Shown here piece after piece: positions 1 through 9,756 of a stretch of 64,000 bases of DNA; the first letter of the stretch is position 1, and every line of letters starts with the position of its first letter. Both the position numbers and the translations under genes were made by a program. Below the pieces are notes generated by a model, which was not told the origin of the DNA, did not search any database, and worked only from the letters and a program-made list of their open reading frames with translations. The stretch is from a virus: positions 58,694 through 122,693 of IMG/VR virus record IMGVR_UViG_3300035698_012504; one strand, written 5' to 3'.

Positions 1-75
1 TTCACCAGATGGACGTTACCAAATTGCGTTTTAAATAATACAAAAGAAATAAAATTAATCTCAGACGCTGAGAGA

Positions 76-594
76 ATGCTTGCATCGACTAATTTATCAT
101 TTATATTACCCGGTGGATATATAGAGGTTGATAAAAATGATTTATCAAATTCTGCTAGAGTAATTGATAATGAATTATATTCAGTGCATTTAGAATTAAC
201 TGGATTGCCAATTTATAATATAATATCTGCTTGGTATAATGAAACAATAAGAGCAAGATCATTTGCTAGTAATAATGAAGACACCTCTATAAATTATAAG
301 GGGGATGTGTATTATTGGACAACTCAACCAAATGGAAGAATTGTAGAATATTCTACTAAATGTATAGGGATATATCCTATTAAGAATCCATCTTCTGATT
401 ACAGTTCAAATATAACAGATAATAATAAATTAGAATTGGACATTCCTTTTCATGCAGATAAAATAGAACAATCTGAAGAAATAAAAGAAACATGTACAGC
501 TTTTGCTGAATCGTATTATAATGCTGCAAAGGATGAACATAGTATAAAAAATGTTGGAGATTCTGATGAAGAAAAAAAACCAAAAAGTATATAG
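76..594 (+). CDS. hypothetical protein
   Basis: Complete ORF in the dominant + orientation; no recognisable motif. Confidence 0.4.
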   Translation: MLASTNLSFILPGGYIEVDKNDLSNSARVIDNELYSVHLELTGLPIYNIISAWYNETIRARSFASNNEDTSINYKGDVYYWTTQPNGRIVEYSTKCIGIYPIKNPSSDYSSNITDNNKLELDIPFHADKIEQSEEIKETCTAFAESYYNAAKDEHSIKNVGDSDEEKKPKSI

Positions 595-774
595 TGAATT
601 GGATGGCCTAGAGGTAGAAGAAAAGGAAGACAAAACGAAGCTGGAAAGTTCCGAAGAAGCAATTGAAACTCCTATGCAATCTATCGACGAAGTCCTTCAA
701 GATGCATCTATGATGGATGCTCCTACACTACATACATTAAATAATACAGGCGAACTAAAGGTAATTTTAGAGTA

Positions 775-1161
775 ATGGCTAAGAAAGAAAAAAATAAAGA
801 ACTATTTGACATAATAGATGGTATATCTTTAAATAGAGTAGACCTATTCACGATGCGTGATCGTCTTAAACTAATAGATGGTAAGATGGAAGCAATATTT
901 CCTGAATCTAAAGATTACTCTAAAAGATATCTACTAGAAAATAAAATAAAAACAATAGTAGAGTTCCAAAAAGTAAGACTTGATGTCAACAGAGCAATCG
1001 AAGGTTCTTTTAAGAGCGAGTTCGAAGTGAGAAGAAAAGTTATGGGAGATGAGAAGGAAGGTGATGAAGTTGACATTCGCGAGGTTGTCAAAATAATTGA
1101 AGAATTAGATAGAAATAAGACTAAGACTACGACTATGATTGGAAAGGAAGATAATGGATAA
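775..1161 (+). CDS. hypothetical protein (Lys/Glu-rich)
   Basis: ORF abuts upstream and downstream genes with an ATGA-type overlap. Confidence 0.4.
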   Translation: MAKKEKNKELFDIIDGISLNRVDLFTMRDRLKLIDGKMEAIFPESKDYSKRYLLENKIKTIVEFQKVRLDVNRAIEGSFKSEFEVRRKVMGDEKEGDEVDIREVVKIIEELDRNKTKTTTMIGKEDNG

Positions 1162-3424
1162 ACTTGTTGAAGAAGAATCAATTCCTGCAGTGCAGGAGAA
1201 AAAGAAAAAGAAAACTTTGCTACCTCAGGTCCCAACGGAAGCGGCAGCATCAATAGAAGAAGATACATTAATAACTAGTAAATATTCGGATGTCAAGCTG
1301 ACAGAAGGTGAATTAGAAAAATCTAAAGACTTATTTGAAGACTTTTCTTCTTTCCTTAAAAAAGGATATGACTTTACTGAATCAAAAGAAAATAAGACAA
1401 CTATTCCTACTGGTATAGATCTATTGGATACTGTACTTGGTGGAGGAGTCTCGACAGGATTAGTACAATTTGTTGGGCCTCCTGGTTGTGGAAAAGCACA
1501 ACCATTGTATTCTAAAATTTTAACACCTAGTGGTTGGAAGACTATGGGAGAAATGAAAATAGGAAATAATGTATTTGATTCTAGAGGGGAAATTTGTAAT
1601 ATTACAAATGTATCTCCACAGGGGGAAAAGGATATATATGAAATAAAATTTACCGACGGAACCAAAGCTAGATCCACGTTAGACCATCTTTGGATATGTA
1701 AAAAAGATTATAAATCAGAATTTAAAGTTAGACGATTAGAAGAGATTTTTGAAGATATAAATAACCAACATACTAGCGATAAAAAATGGACCATACCTGT
1801 TAATAATGCTATTAATTTTGATAAAAATAATTTACCGATTGACCCATATTTATTGGGGTGCCTTTTGGGAGATGGATCTATGTATAGTCGAAATGATAAA
1901 ATATCTCTTACAGTATCTGATAAATATAAAGAAATTATAAATATTTGTGAAAAAACCCTCCCAGATAATATAAAATTAGAGGTAATTAATGGCTCAAAAT
2001 ACGGATATATATTTAATAGAATGAATAGAAGAGGTCAAGGCAAAAAAGATATTTTACGCAATGAGATGAAAGTTATTTTAAATGAATTAGGATTATTGGG
2101 AAAAAGTTCTAAAGATAAATTTATACCAGATTCATATAAATTTAGTTCAATTGATGATAGATTATCAATCTTACAAGGGTTATGTGATACTGATGGATCT
2201 ATAGAAAAAACAAATAGAATGTGTTTTTATTCAATATCTAAACGATTGATAGATGACGTAGCATTTATAATTAGATCATTGGGAGGAAGAATAAAAATAT
2301 ATAATAAAAAAACAAAATATAATGGGAATATTTTTAAATCATTTCAACTAGATATAAACCTACCAAATTGTTTTCCCCCAGTAAGAGTAAAAGAAAAATC
2401 AAAGTTATTATCAAATATAAGAAAAAGAACCATAACGAAATGTATAAAATCGGTTAAGTTTGTTGAAAAATCAGAAGCTCAGTGCATAGAAGTTAATAAT
2501 CCAAATGGGTCATATATAACTGACGAGTTCATAGTTACTCATAACTCTACATTGGCTGCGAAGGTTATATCTTCGGGTCAAAGGAAATGGCCTGGAAAAT
2601 TTATATCAGTATACTTAGATTCAGAAAATACAACTACTAAAAAAAGACTTACAGATCTTGGAGTTAAATATCCAGAGATAAATCCACAAAATGGAATTAC
2701 AATCGAAAAGGTATTCTCAATCGTTGAGGGGTTATGTGCATATAAGGAAGAACACAAAGATATACTAGATGTACCATCCATTATAGTATGGGATAGTATA
2801 GCGAGTACTCCTACTGAAGCTGAGGTAACAACTAATACAGAACAATTAAGTATACAAGCAAGTGCCCTTACTAAATATCTTAAAAAATATTCTGATAAGA
2901 TGGCAAATTATAATATATGTTTGTTCGCTCTGAATCAACTTAGAGATAGTATGCAGGTTGGTAAATTCAAAGGATTTAATAAACTAAAATTTCTTGGAGC
3001 GTATAATATTCCAGGAGGTAATGCTAATCTATTCGCATCTACACAACTTTTTTTCTTCAGGCCTACTGGAGATGTAGCAGGAGAGTATGGATTCAATGGA
3101 GTTAAGCTCACAGGAAAGGCTGTAAAGAATAAGTTATTTTCTCCAAACATTGACATATCCATGATAGTTAGTTTCGAAAGAGGCTTCTCAAACTTCTGGA
3201 CAAATTATGAACTACTAAAGAGAACAAAAAGAATTAAAGCTGCCGCTTGGTGTACATTAGAATCGTATCCTACTCAGAAGTTTAGACAGAAGGAAGCGAT
3301 TAAATATTACAGAGAAAATGCTGAATTTAGAAAAGCATGGGATAATGATGTAGAGGACGTGCTTAGAACTGAGATAATAGAACAGTATGAAACAAGTGAG
3401 GAAGACGCCGACGTTTGGAAATAA
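1139..3424 (+). CDS. RecA-like recombinase, intein-containing
   Basis: Extein motifs: GIDLLDTVLGGG...GPPGCGK[intein]STLAA (Walker A); IIVWDSIASTPTEAE; LFALNQLRDSMQVG; GGNANLFASTQL; KAVKNKLFSP. These match conserved RecA blocks. Confidence 0.8.
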   Translation: MERKIMDKLVEEESIPAVQEKKKKKTLLPQVPTEAAASIEEDTLITSKYSDVKLTEGELEKSKDLFEDFSSFLKKGYDFTESKENKTTIPTGIDLLDTVLGGGVSTGLVQFVGPPGCGKAQPLYSKILTPSGWKTMGEMKIGNNVFDSRGEICNITNVSPQGEKDIYEIKFTDGTKARSTLDHLWICKKDYKSEFKVRRLEEIFEDINNQHTSDKKWTIPVNNAINFDKNNLPIDPYLLGCLLGDGSMYSRNDKISLTVSDKYKEIINICEKTLPDNIKLEVINGSKYGYIFNRMNRRGQGKKDILRNEMKVILNELGLLGKSSKDKFIPDSYKFSSIDDRLSILQGLCDTDGSIEKTNRMCFYSISKRLIDDVAFIIRSLGGRIKIYNKKTKYNGNIFKSFQLDINLPNCFPPVRVKEKSKLLSNIRKRTITKCIKSVKFVEKSEAQCIEVNNPNGSYITDEFIVTHNSTLAAKVISSGQRKWPGKFISVYLDSENTTTKKRLTDLGVKYPEINPQNGITIEKVFSIVEGLCAYKEEHKDILDVPSIIVWDSIASTPTEAEVTTNTEQLSIQASALTKYLKKYSDKMANYNICLFALNQLRDSMQVGKFKGFNKLKFLGAYNIPGGNANLFASTQLFFFRPTGDVAGEYGFNGVKLTGKAVKNKLFSPNIDISMIVSFERGFSNFWTNYELLKRTKRIKAAAWCTLESYPTQKFRQKEAIKYYRENAEFRKAWDNDVEDVLRTEIIEQYETSEEDADVWK
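1496..2545 (+). mobile_element. intein with LAGLIDADG homing endonuclease inside the RecA P-loop, candidate class 3
   Basis: Begins AQPLYSKILT right after GPPGCGK and ends VTHN followed by S. Two LAGLIDADG motifs (LLGCLLGDGS, LQGLCDTDGS). Block B is TLDHLW; Cys at the block-F position (AQCIE); Thr two residues before HN. Confidence 0.7.
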
Positions 3425-3425
3425 T

Positions 3426-4331
3426 ATGCTAATAGAGAATATAGTTTCAAAGAGAGCCACTGTCTGTTCTTATCTTAACAGGAAAAAATCAGGGAAAGCT
3501 CTCTTTGTTTTCGATCATGGGCTTGGCGACTTCATAATGTTCTTCCAGATATATGAAGTACTTAAGAAAAAATATCCTAATTGGGAGTTCAATATAGGTT
3601 GTCACCCCATGATCCAAGTCAAAGGATTACACGAAGATATTGTGATTTTAAATAAGACAAAAGGAAAACACGATAGACCTTCTGTATTCAAAGATACATT
3701 TAAAGAAAAATATGATAGTTCATATATTAAAGAATATGATTATATATTTGTTTTAAAGTTTCCAGAACAGCCCATGAATTCTAAGCTGAAGAAGTTTCAA
3801 AATGTAGCGAAATTAGAATTTGGATTAGATGTTGATTGGGGTAACTGGAGACCTAAAATAAAACCTGTTAAAAATTCTAATATGGTGGGCATTCATTTCA
3901 TTGGTAATACTGCTTATAGTAAAAAAAGTTTAATGGATGGTGGTCCCGAAATAGTATGGAATGATGTTAAAGCGATGGGATATGATCCATTTGAAATTCA
4001 TATGAATGTTCCTATGCTGCCACATTATTGTGTCCAACCTATTCCTAAATGGATGAATGGAAATACCATGAGGGAATCAGGGGGAACTATTATAGACATG
4101 ATGAATAAAATAGCAGAGTGTAAATACTTCATTGGAATAAACAGTGGTCCTATGTGGTTAGCTGGAGAAATACTAGGTTGGGATCGTTGTATTATGATGA
4201 ATAAAATCAAAGAATATACTCGATATTTTCCTTACAAATTATACACATTAAATATTGACACAGCAACAAACTCAGTTCCTTTAGGCTCAATAAAGAAAGC
4301 CTTAAAGGTTCTGAATAGGAAGGTAAACTAA
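3426..4331 (+). CDS. hypothetical protein
   Basis: ORF; start moved to the ATG at 3426 to avoid overlap with the recA 3' end. Confidence 0.45.
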   Translation: MLIENIVSKRATVCSYLNRKKSGKALFVFDHGLGDFIMFFQIYEVLKKKYPNWEFNIGCHPMIQVKGLHEDIVILNKTKGKHDRPSVFKDTFKEKYDSSYIKEYDYIFVLKFPEQPMNSKLKKFQNVAKLEFGLDVDWGNWRPKIKPVKNSNMVGIHFIGNTAYSKKSLMDGGPEIVWNDVKAMGYDPFEIHMNVPMLPHYCVQPIPKWMNGNTMRESGGTIIDMMNKIAECKYFIGINSGPMWLAGEILGWDRCIMMNKIKEYTRYFPYKLYTLNIDTATNSVPLGSIKKALKVLNRKVN

Positions 4332-4915
4332 TGAGACCATACAGAACTATCTTTTTGGATTTAGACGGAGTACTTGTTGATTTTTTCGGTGCAAGTATAA
4401 AATTACTCGATATTCAAGATAGAAACGTTCGCATAAAAATTATAAATGATGTACAATTAGAATCTCTTGCTGGCGTATCGCGAAAAGAATTTATAGAAAT
4501 GATGACTGAGGATTGGTGGGCGAATTTACCCATGACAGAATACGCTCAGGATATTTTAGATTTTCTTGCACTTGAAAGAGTACTATATGAGAGAGTATGT
4601 ATACTAACAGCAAGAGTTGATTCAGATGATCCCATACATTCAGCAAGATGTATAAACGGAAAAATAAGATGGATGAGCAAACATACTCCAGACGTTCCAT
4701 ACTTCATAGGAAAGCCAAAACACTTCTGTGCGAGCAAAGGAACTATACTAATAGATGACTTTAGACGCAATGTATCCCGATTTAGAGCACATGGTGGAGA
4801 CGCATATTTGGTGCAAACTCCTTATAATACTCCCTCGTATACCAAGGAAACTTCCATGAAAAGGTTCCAAGAATACATGGTAGATCACGCCGAACCACTA
4901 GTGCAGACCACCTGA
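4331..4915 (+). CDS. HAD-family 5'(3')-deoxyribonucleotidase-like hydrolase
   Basis: N-terminal FLDLDGVLVDF is HAD motif I (DxDG). Confidence 0.55.
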   Translation: MRPYRTIFLDLDGVLVDFFGASIKLLDIQDRNVRIKIINDVQLESLAGVSRKEFIEMMTEDWWANLPMTEYAQDILDFLALERVLYERVCILTARVDSDDPIHSARCINGKIRWMSKHTPDVPYFIGKPKHFCASKGTILIDDFRRNVSRFRAHGGDAYLVQTPYNTPSYTKETSMKRFQEYMVDHAEPLVQTT

Positions 4916-5029
4916 TACTATATATATTAAATAATGAAGCGGAGCGGAAAAATCACTTTGAGAAATCAAGGTGGCTTGCTTCATTTACTTATCCGGAACG
5001 AACGGGATTTTTTTGTTAGGAGATTTTTT

Positions 5030-5515
5030 ATGAACATCTGGCTACAGCATATAGAGATGCTAATTTCAAGTGGAAAACAATTAACTTCAAAAAATGATCA
5101 GCATTTTCCAGGCGAGACTACATGGAATATTGGAGACATATATGTTCCAACTTGGGTAGTAGATGGATTACGAAAAAGCAAATATATCGATGATCTTGAT
5201 GCAGTTACTATTAAAGGGAAAGAATATCTCCAAAAATACTACGCAGATAAATCAATACAATTGGGTGCATTCATTCCCCTTTCACGAGAAGAAGCATTTT
5301 TTCAAACTCAAAGAGAATTTTATCTACATACTTTCCCTGAAAAATATGTATCTATAAAAGGGGAAAAAACAATATGCGTAGGAGACACAGAGAAAGATGT
5401 CATTGAAAGAATTGAATATATACTTGGCCCAGGAGTAAATACATTTATAAGAAAGGTCACACCTGATTCATTCGATTTATATGTAGAAGTGCCTAGGGCA
5501 TATGTAGATTTATAA
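5030..5515 (+). CDS. hypothetical protein
   Basis: ORF; start taken at the ATG after a GGAG RBS. The upstream stretch 4940-5029 holds a weak hairpin plus T7 run. Confidence 0.4.
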   Translation: MNIWLQHIEMLISSGKQLTSKNDQHFPGETTWNIGDIYVPTWVVDGLRKSKYIDDLDAVTIKGKEYLQKYYADKSIQLGAFIPLSREEAFFQTQREFYLHTFPEKYVSIKGEKTICVGDTEKDVIERIEYILGPGVNTFIRKVTPDSFDLYVEVPRAYVDL

Positions 5516-5535
5516 AATAAGGTAGGGATAATAAA

Positions 5536-5913
5536 ATGGAATTAATAACACCAGTTAATGAGAATCAACGAAGAGTATTAAAAGTATGTAATAGGATTAG
5601 AGAGGAGTTTGGTAAAGATCCCCTTGATGGTATTCCTAAAGGCGTAGGTAATTATAGTTCAACCGATTGTCCAGTATGTAAAATGATAGATGAGGACATT
5701 GCTGTTGGTCCTAAAGACATTACAGCATTCGACCTCTCATCGGCTAAAAAAATATCAAGAGGGCTTAGAAAAAAGATAAGATGTAATTCCACAGGCACCC
5801 TTTATTATATTGACTTTCCATTGTTTGTACAAGAATTCATAAGTAACGTAGACTGTTTAAGCAGGAATTATGCAATCCTTCTCGAAGAAGAAACAATAAC
5901 GACAGGAGAGTAA
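5536..5913 (+). CDS. hypothetical protein
   Basis: ORF with an RBS (aaggtaggg) upstream. Confidence 0.4.
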   Translation: MELITPVNENQRRVLKVCNRIREEFGKDPLDGIPKGVGNYSSTDCPVCKMIDEDIAVGPKDITAFDLSSAKKISRGLRKKIRCNSTGTLYYIDFPLFVQEFISNVDCLSRNYAILLEEETITTGE

Positions 5914-5916
5914 ACG

Positions 5917-6441
5917 TTGAAATTCATTGTTTCGTCCCCAACGGCTGCAAAAAGCCTAAAACCAGAGACTCCATATATACTAATTAATTTGTTAAGTACA
6001 GAAGAATTTGAAAGTGCTGATAGAATTTTACCTGATTCTCCACCAGAGATATCAGGAGAACAAATAGATAGAGTAGATGCAATTTGTGATGATATTCAAA
6101 GTGAAGCTGCGGCTGAACGTTTTGATTCAGTTTTATTTACTGACAAGTTAGCAATTTTAATTTTTGAAGCAATAGAAGATTGGGTAGATGTATTTGCTTC
6201 TGATCTATTAATCGTCTGTGTAGGTTCAGGCGGTATGGGGCAAGCTACAGGCGTGGCCGCAGCGATAGCATCCATATATAATAAATCAGGAGATGACTTC
6301 TTACGAAATTCTACAAATTATGTAATAAATGATTTTGTTTACGATAAGATGCTAGAGGTTTGGGGCACATTAGACTCCGAACGTAATACTAGAGAAGAGC
6401 AGGGAGCATTCGGTAGTACTCTTCCTGTGATAAATATTTAA
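5917..6441 (+). CDS. hypothetical protein (TTG start)
   Basis: ORF from the six-frame track. Confidence 0.35.
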   Translation: MKFIVSSPTAAKSLKPETPYILINLLSTEEFESADRILPDSPPEISGEQIDRVDAICDDIQSEAAAERFDSVLFTDKLAILIFEAIEDWVDVFASDLLIVCVGSGGMGQATGVAAAIASIYNKSGDDFLRNSTNYVINDFVYDKMLEVWGTLDSERNTREEQGAFGSTLPVINI

Positions 6442-6453
6442 GAAAGGTAGTAT

Positions 6454-6975
6454 ATGAATAGTAGTGTTCACACGACCACATACGAGACAGAAGTTCAAGG
6501 ATTAGTTGATGGATACGTTCCATCAGAGTTTGACGATAAAATGATTATTCATGAGGAGGGGTTATCAGTGGCTCCTCTAGTTGACGAAGTTACTTCGGAT
6601 GACGACGATGGTGGTGAGGAAGAGGAGGATGACGAGGGCCCTAGTAATCATATAATGGCCTTTAGCAACCCCATGTTCAGGCAGGGGTTAAATATCGTTA
6701 TCCGTGGTGGAAGTGAATGGAACGATAGTCTTGATATTAGCGACATTCTGGAAATTGTTACAACTGAAGGCTGTTATATTGGTGAAGCTCGGGTGCTTTT
6801 CACACACCTACTTCACTGGGACAATGATAGAGAGAAGATCGAATTCCTTCTCAAATTCTATCATGATGAGGACTTATCAGGAATAGTCGTTCTCGAACGC
6901 CTCCTTGCCGCCTGTTACGGTGAGAAGGATAACTGGTATCCATACGTATCCGTTGTAGGGTTCAACTCGAAATAG
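6454..6975 (+). CDS. hypothetical acidic protein
   Basis: ORF containing a poly-acidic tract (DDDDGGEEEEDDEG). Confidence 0.4.
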   Translation: MNSSVHTTTYETEVQGLVDGYVPSEFDDKMIIHEEGLSVAPLVDEVTSDDDDGGEEEEDDEGPSNHIMAFSNPMFRQGLNIVIRGGSEWNDSLDISDILEIVTTEGCYIGEARVLFTHLLHWDNDREKIEFLLKFYHDEDLSGIVVLERLLAACYGEKDNWYPYVSVVGFNSK

Positions 6976-7026
6976 TTGTGAGTGGTGGGGGGATTCTGTC
7001 CCCCTGCCAATCTAAAAGGATAGCAT

Positions 7027-7338
7027 ATGTTGGCAATATATCTAAAGGATGGATACCAAGATTTAAAAGATTTATATGATAGTTATGATATATTAAGACT
7101 TGCTTTTGTACATGGCTCACTTAGAATGGGCGAATATAATTATAGACTTCTGATAGATTCAGATATTATAAAGGAGATTGTTCAAGAAAGAATAGTAGTA
7201 TCTGGTAGATCTATGCCTGGTACACATATACCTAGTTTTTCATTTTATGGATATGAGTTATGTAAATTATTATTTAATCGTACTGCTGGAGTACATGGTA
7301 CTACGAATAAAATATTTAGGAAAGGAATTGTAATATGA
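7027..7338 (+). CDS. hypothetical protein
   Basis: ORF. Confidence 0.35.
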   Translation: MLAIYLKDGYQDLKDLYDSYDILRLAFVHGSLRMGEYNYRLLIDSDIIKEIVQERIVVSGRSMPGTHIPSFSFYGYELCKLLFNRTAGVHGTTNKIFRKGIVI

Positions 7339-7565
7339 TAGTTTGGAAAGTAAGAAATAAAAGAAATGGATTATTTATTGGCGCGAATCACTACGGTAAA
7401 CGGATTCATAATGAGCTTGGCCGAATATTTAATACTATAAGGAAGGCTGAGCGGGCATTGAAGCAAGTTAAATTCGATGTGGGTATAACATTCCCAGATG
7501 ATTATGAGATAGTAGAGTACGAACTCACAGAGAAAAAGGTGGTAATGGGATATGAAGATCTCTAA
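7335..7565 (+). CDS. hypothetical protein
   Basis: ORF with ATGA overlaps on both sides. Confidence 0.35.
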   Translation: MIVWKVRNKRNGLFIGANHYGKRIHNELGRIFNTIRKAERALKQVKFDVGITFPDDYEIVEYELTEKKVVMGYEDL

Positions 7566-8268
7566 TGATCTAGGCAGAACAATTTTTAGGACAGATATAA
7601 GTGATGGGATAATGATTGTTGGAGATGTTCACGGTCATTGGCCAATGCTCAACAAACTAATAAAACAAGAAAGACCCAGATTAATACTTCAAGTCGGTGA
7701 TTTCGGATACTGGCCACAAACTGATTATTTTGGTGGTCCTCCTATGAGTGCTATAAATCTTCGCGGTGCAGAAATTGTATTCTGTGGCGGAAACCATGAA
7801 CACTGGTGGGGACTCAATAGTTTAAAAATAGGCGACTTAGAGGTTGAGAAAAATATTTTTTATGCTCCAAGAAATACTGTCCTATATCTTCCAGATGGAA
7901 GAAATGTATTATTTATGGGTGGTGCTACATCAATTGACGCAGATATAAGAATACTAGGACATGATTGGTTTCCAGAAGAAACTATCAGTTACATGGATCT
8001 AGTTAAATTGACAAAAGAAAAAATAGACATTTTAATCTGTCATACTACCCCTACTGAATTTACACCATTAGATGATTGTATTGAAGTAGAAGATCCGTCT
8101 AGAGAGGCGTTATCATATATAGTACAAGAAAATAAACCCAGTTTAATATATTGTGGGCATTGGCATTATTATGCAGAAGGAAAAATTGGAGATGCAAGAA
8201 TCAAATGTTTAGACTCGATATCTCATCGCATACGAGAGAGTGTAACTTGGTGTTGGCTTCGGACATAA
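7552..8268 (+). CDS. calcineurin-like metallophosphoesterase
   Basis: Motifs IMIVGDVHGHW, QVGDFGYW and GGNHEHW. Confidence 0.55.
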   Translation: MKISNDLGRTIFRTDISDGIMIVGDVHGHWPMLNKLIKQERPRLILQVGDFGYWPQTDYFGGPPMSAINLRGAEIVFCGGNHEHWWGLNSLKIGDLEVEKNIFYAPRNTVLYLPDGRNVLFMGGATSIDADIRILGHDWFPEETISYMDLVKLTKEKIDILICHTTPTEFTPLDDCIEVEDPSREALSYIVQENKPSLIYCGHWHYYAEGKIGDARIKCLDSISHRIRESVTWCWLRT

Positions 8269-8283
8269 GGAGAGAAATATAAT

Positions 8284-8823
8284 ATGTTTTTTGGAAAAGA
8301 AATGGAAGATCAAGGAGATCAAGGGGACGATGAGCCCGGTTTAGACTTTCTTCTTGGTGGTCTCAAACGCACTTATAAATTATTCAAAACACAGCAAGAT
8401 GTAAATATATTATCATCGTGCTTAGCAGCAGTAGCGTTTGCAAAAAATGATAATGTTCTCAATGAAGATTATGCCTCAAAATTAATGCTATGGGTTTCCA
8501 AATGGCCGTCTGGTGACGCTGGACCCATGCCCACATTATCAAATGATGGTGAAACTATAGTAGAATTTAAACAAAAGGGAGAAATAGACCCCGGTAGATT
8601 TATTTTCCGAGGTGAAGAACACGATATAACTGAGTTAAATGTAGTAGTTCCTTGGGAACTTAGACAGGATATATTCAATCAGCTTGGACAAGGCCTAAAA
8701 TCCGGTAAGGATAAACAAATTAGTCTCCAAAGGAACGAGCTGGTTTCGATATTTCTTGGGGATATGTTATCGGTTATCTCAAACGTCGACCTTTCTATTG
8801 GCAAGAAGAAGAAAGAAAAGTAA
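8284..8823 (+). CDS. hypothetical protein
   Basis: ORF. Confidence 0.4.
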   Translation: MFFGKEMEDQGDQGDDEPGLDFLLGGLKRTYKLFKTQQDVNILSSCLAAVAFAKNDNVLNEDYASKLMLWVSKWPSGDAGPMPTLSNDGETIVEFKQKGEIDPGRFIFRGEEHDITELNVVVPWELRQDIFNQLGQGLKSGKDKQISLQRNELVSIFLGDMLSVISNVDLSIGKKKKEK

Positions 8824-8829
8824 TAACCC

Positions 8830-8903
8830 GCAGGCGTACTTTAGTGGTAAAATTCAAGATTTCCAATCTTGACACGAGGGTTCGATTCCCTCCGCCTGCT
8901 CCA
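8830..8903 (+). tRNA. tRNA-Gly (anticodon TCC)
   Basis: Hand-folded cloverleaf. Acceptor GCAGGCG/CGCCTGC; anticodon stem CAAGA/TCTTG with loop TTTCCAA; T-arm GAGGG-TTCGATT-CCCTC; CCA encoded. Confidence 0.75.
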
Positions 8904-8938
8904 CTTTAATTTGAATCACATTTATTGCTCTTAAAATT

Positions 8939-8972
8939 TTGAGGACAAATATATAAAAGGAGTATTTGTCCT
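8939..8972 (+). promoter_or_regulatory. promoter-like motif TTGAGGACAAAtaTATAAA overlapping a 10-bp inverted repeat that brackets the RBS
   Basis: One of five copies of TGAGGACAAAyTwTAAA. AGGACAAATA (8942-8951) pairs with TATTTGTCCT (8963-8972) directly before the ATG at 8973. Confidence 0.45.
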
Positions 8973-9740
8973 ATGATTTTATGTAATTATGGTTGTGGGA
9001 ATGAAGGTAAATATCAATTAAAAAATGGTAAATGGTGTTGTTCAAAACACTGGTCTTCTTGCCCAGAAATAAAGAAAAAAACTAGTAGAATAACTGAAAA
9101 TAGATTCAAAATATGTGAAAATTGTAATAAAAAAATATTAAAAGCAAATCATAAAAAACATTTAAATGCATGTAAACGAGAGAACTTCTGTTTAGAGTGT
9201 GGTGAAAAACTAACATCAAAAGATAATAGAGCAAAGTTTTGTTCTCATAAATGTGCTGGAATATATAATAATAAAAATTCTGAAGGACTTAAATCATGCC
9301 GAAGAGGACCGATAAGTAAAAATAAAATACATTCTGATGAAGATGGAAATTATATATGTCAACAATGTGGAATAAAATTTAAGGGGCGACCTCGAAAGTT
9401 TTGTTCTCATAAATGCGCTGGATATAATAAATATATAAAAAATGTAGAAAAATGGATATCTGGTGAAACTAATGGTATGTATGGTAAAGTTCAAACCGCT
9501 ACATTTGTAAGAAATTATATCATAGAAAGAGATGGAAAAAAATGTTCTATGTGTAGTTGGGATAAAATCCATCAAATCACTGGTAAAGTTCCTATTCATT
9601 TAGATCATATAGATGGTAACTGGAAAAATAATAAGCCAGATAATCTTAGGATGTTATGTCCAAATTGTCATTCTCTAACTGAAAATTATGGGATATTAAA
9701 TAATGGGAATGGAAGACCGGACAATAGAAAAAGATATTAG
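8973..9740 (+). CDS. HNH homing endonuclease with Zn-finger repeats
   Basis: Repeated CxxC motifs (FCSHKCAG x2) and a C-terminal HNH box (HLDHIDGNW...NLRMLCPNCHSLTENYG). Confidence 0.8.
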   Translation: MILCNYGCGNEGKYQLKNGKWCCSKHWSSCPEIKKKTSRITENRFKICENCNKKILKANHKKHLNACKRENFCLECGEKLTSKDNRAKFCSHKCAGIYNNKNSEGLKSCRRGPISKNKIHSDEDGNYICQQCGIKFKGRPRKFCSHKCAGYNKYIKNVEKWISGETNGMYGKVQTATFVRNYIIERDGKKCSMCSWDKIHQITGKVPIHLDHIDGNWKNNKPDNLRMLCPNCHSLTENYGILNNGNGRPDNRKRY

Positions 9741-9756
9741 AAAGGAAACAACATTT

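Noticed and set aside
1225-1677. Minus-strand ORF 1225-1677 and other 60-100 aa antisense ORFs inside long plus-strand genes (for example 2578-2781, 2935-3162, 4025-4210, 14370-14663, 24905-25171, 53314-53586, 54262-54666).
   Set aside because: All lie antisense within strongly supported plus-strand genes, have no RBS and have low-complexity composition.
6976-7026. G-run hairpin GGGGGGA-ttctg-TCCCCC after gene 6454-6975 as a terminator.
   Set aside because: The stem is present but no T-tract follows, so it is not called a terminator.
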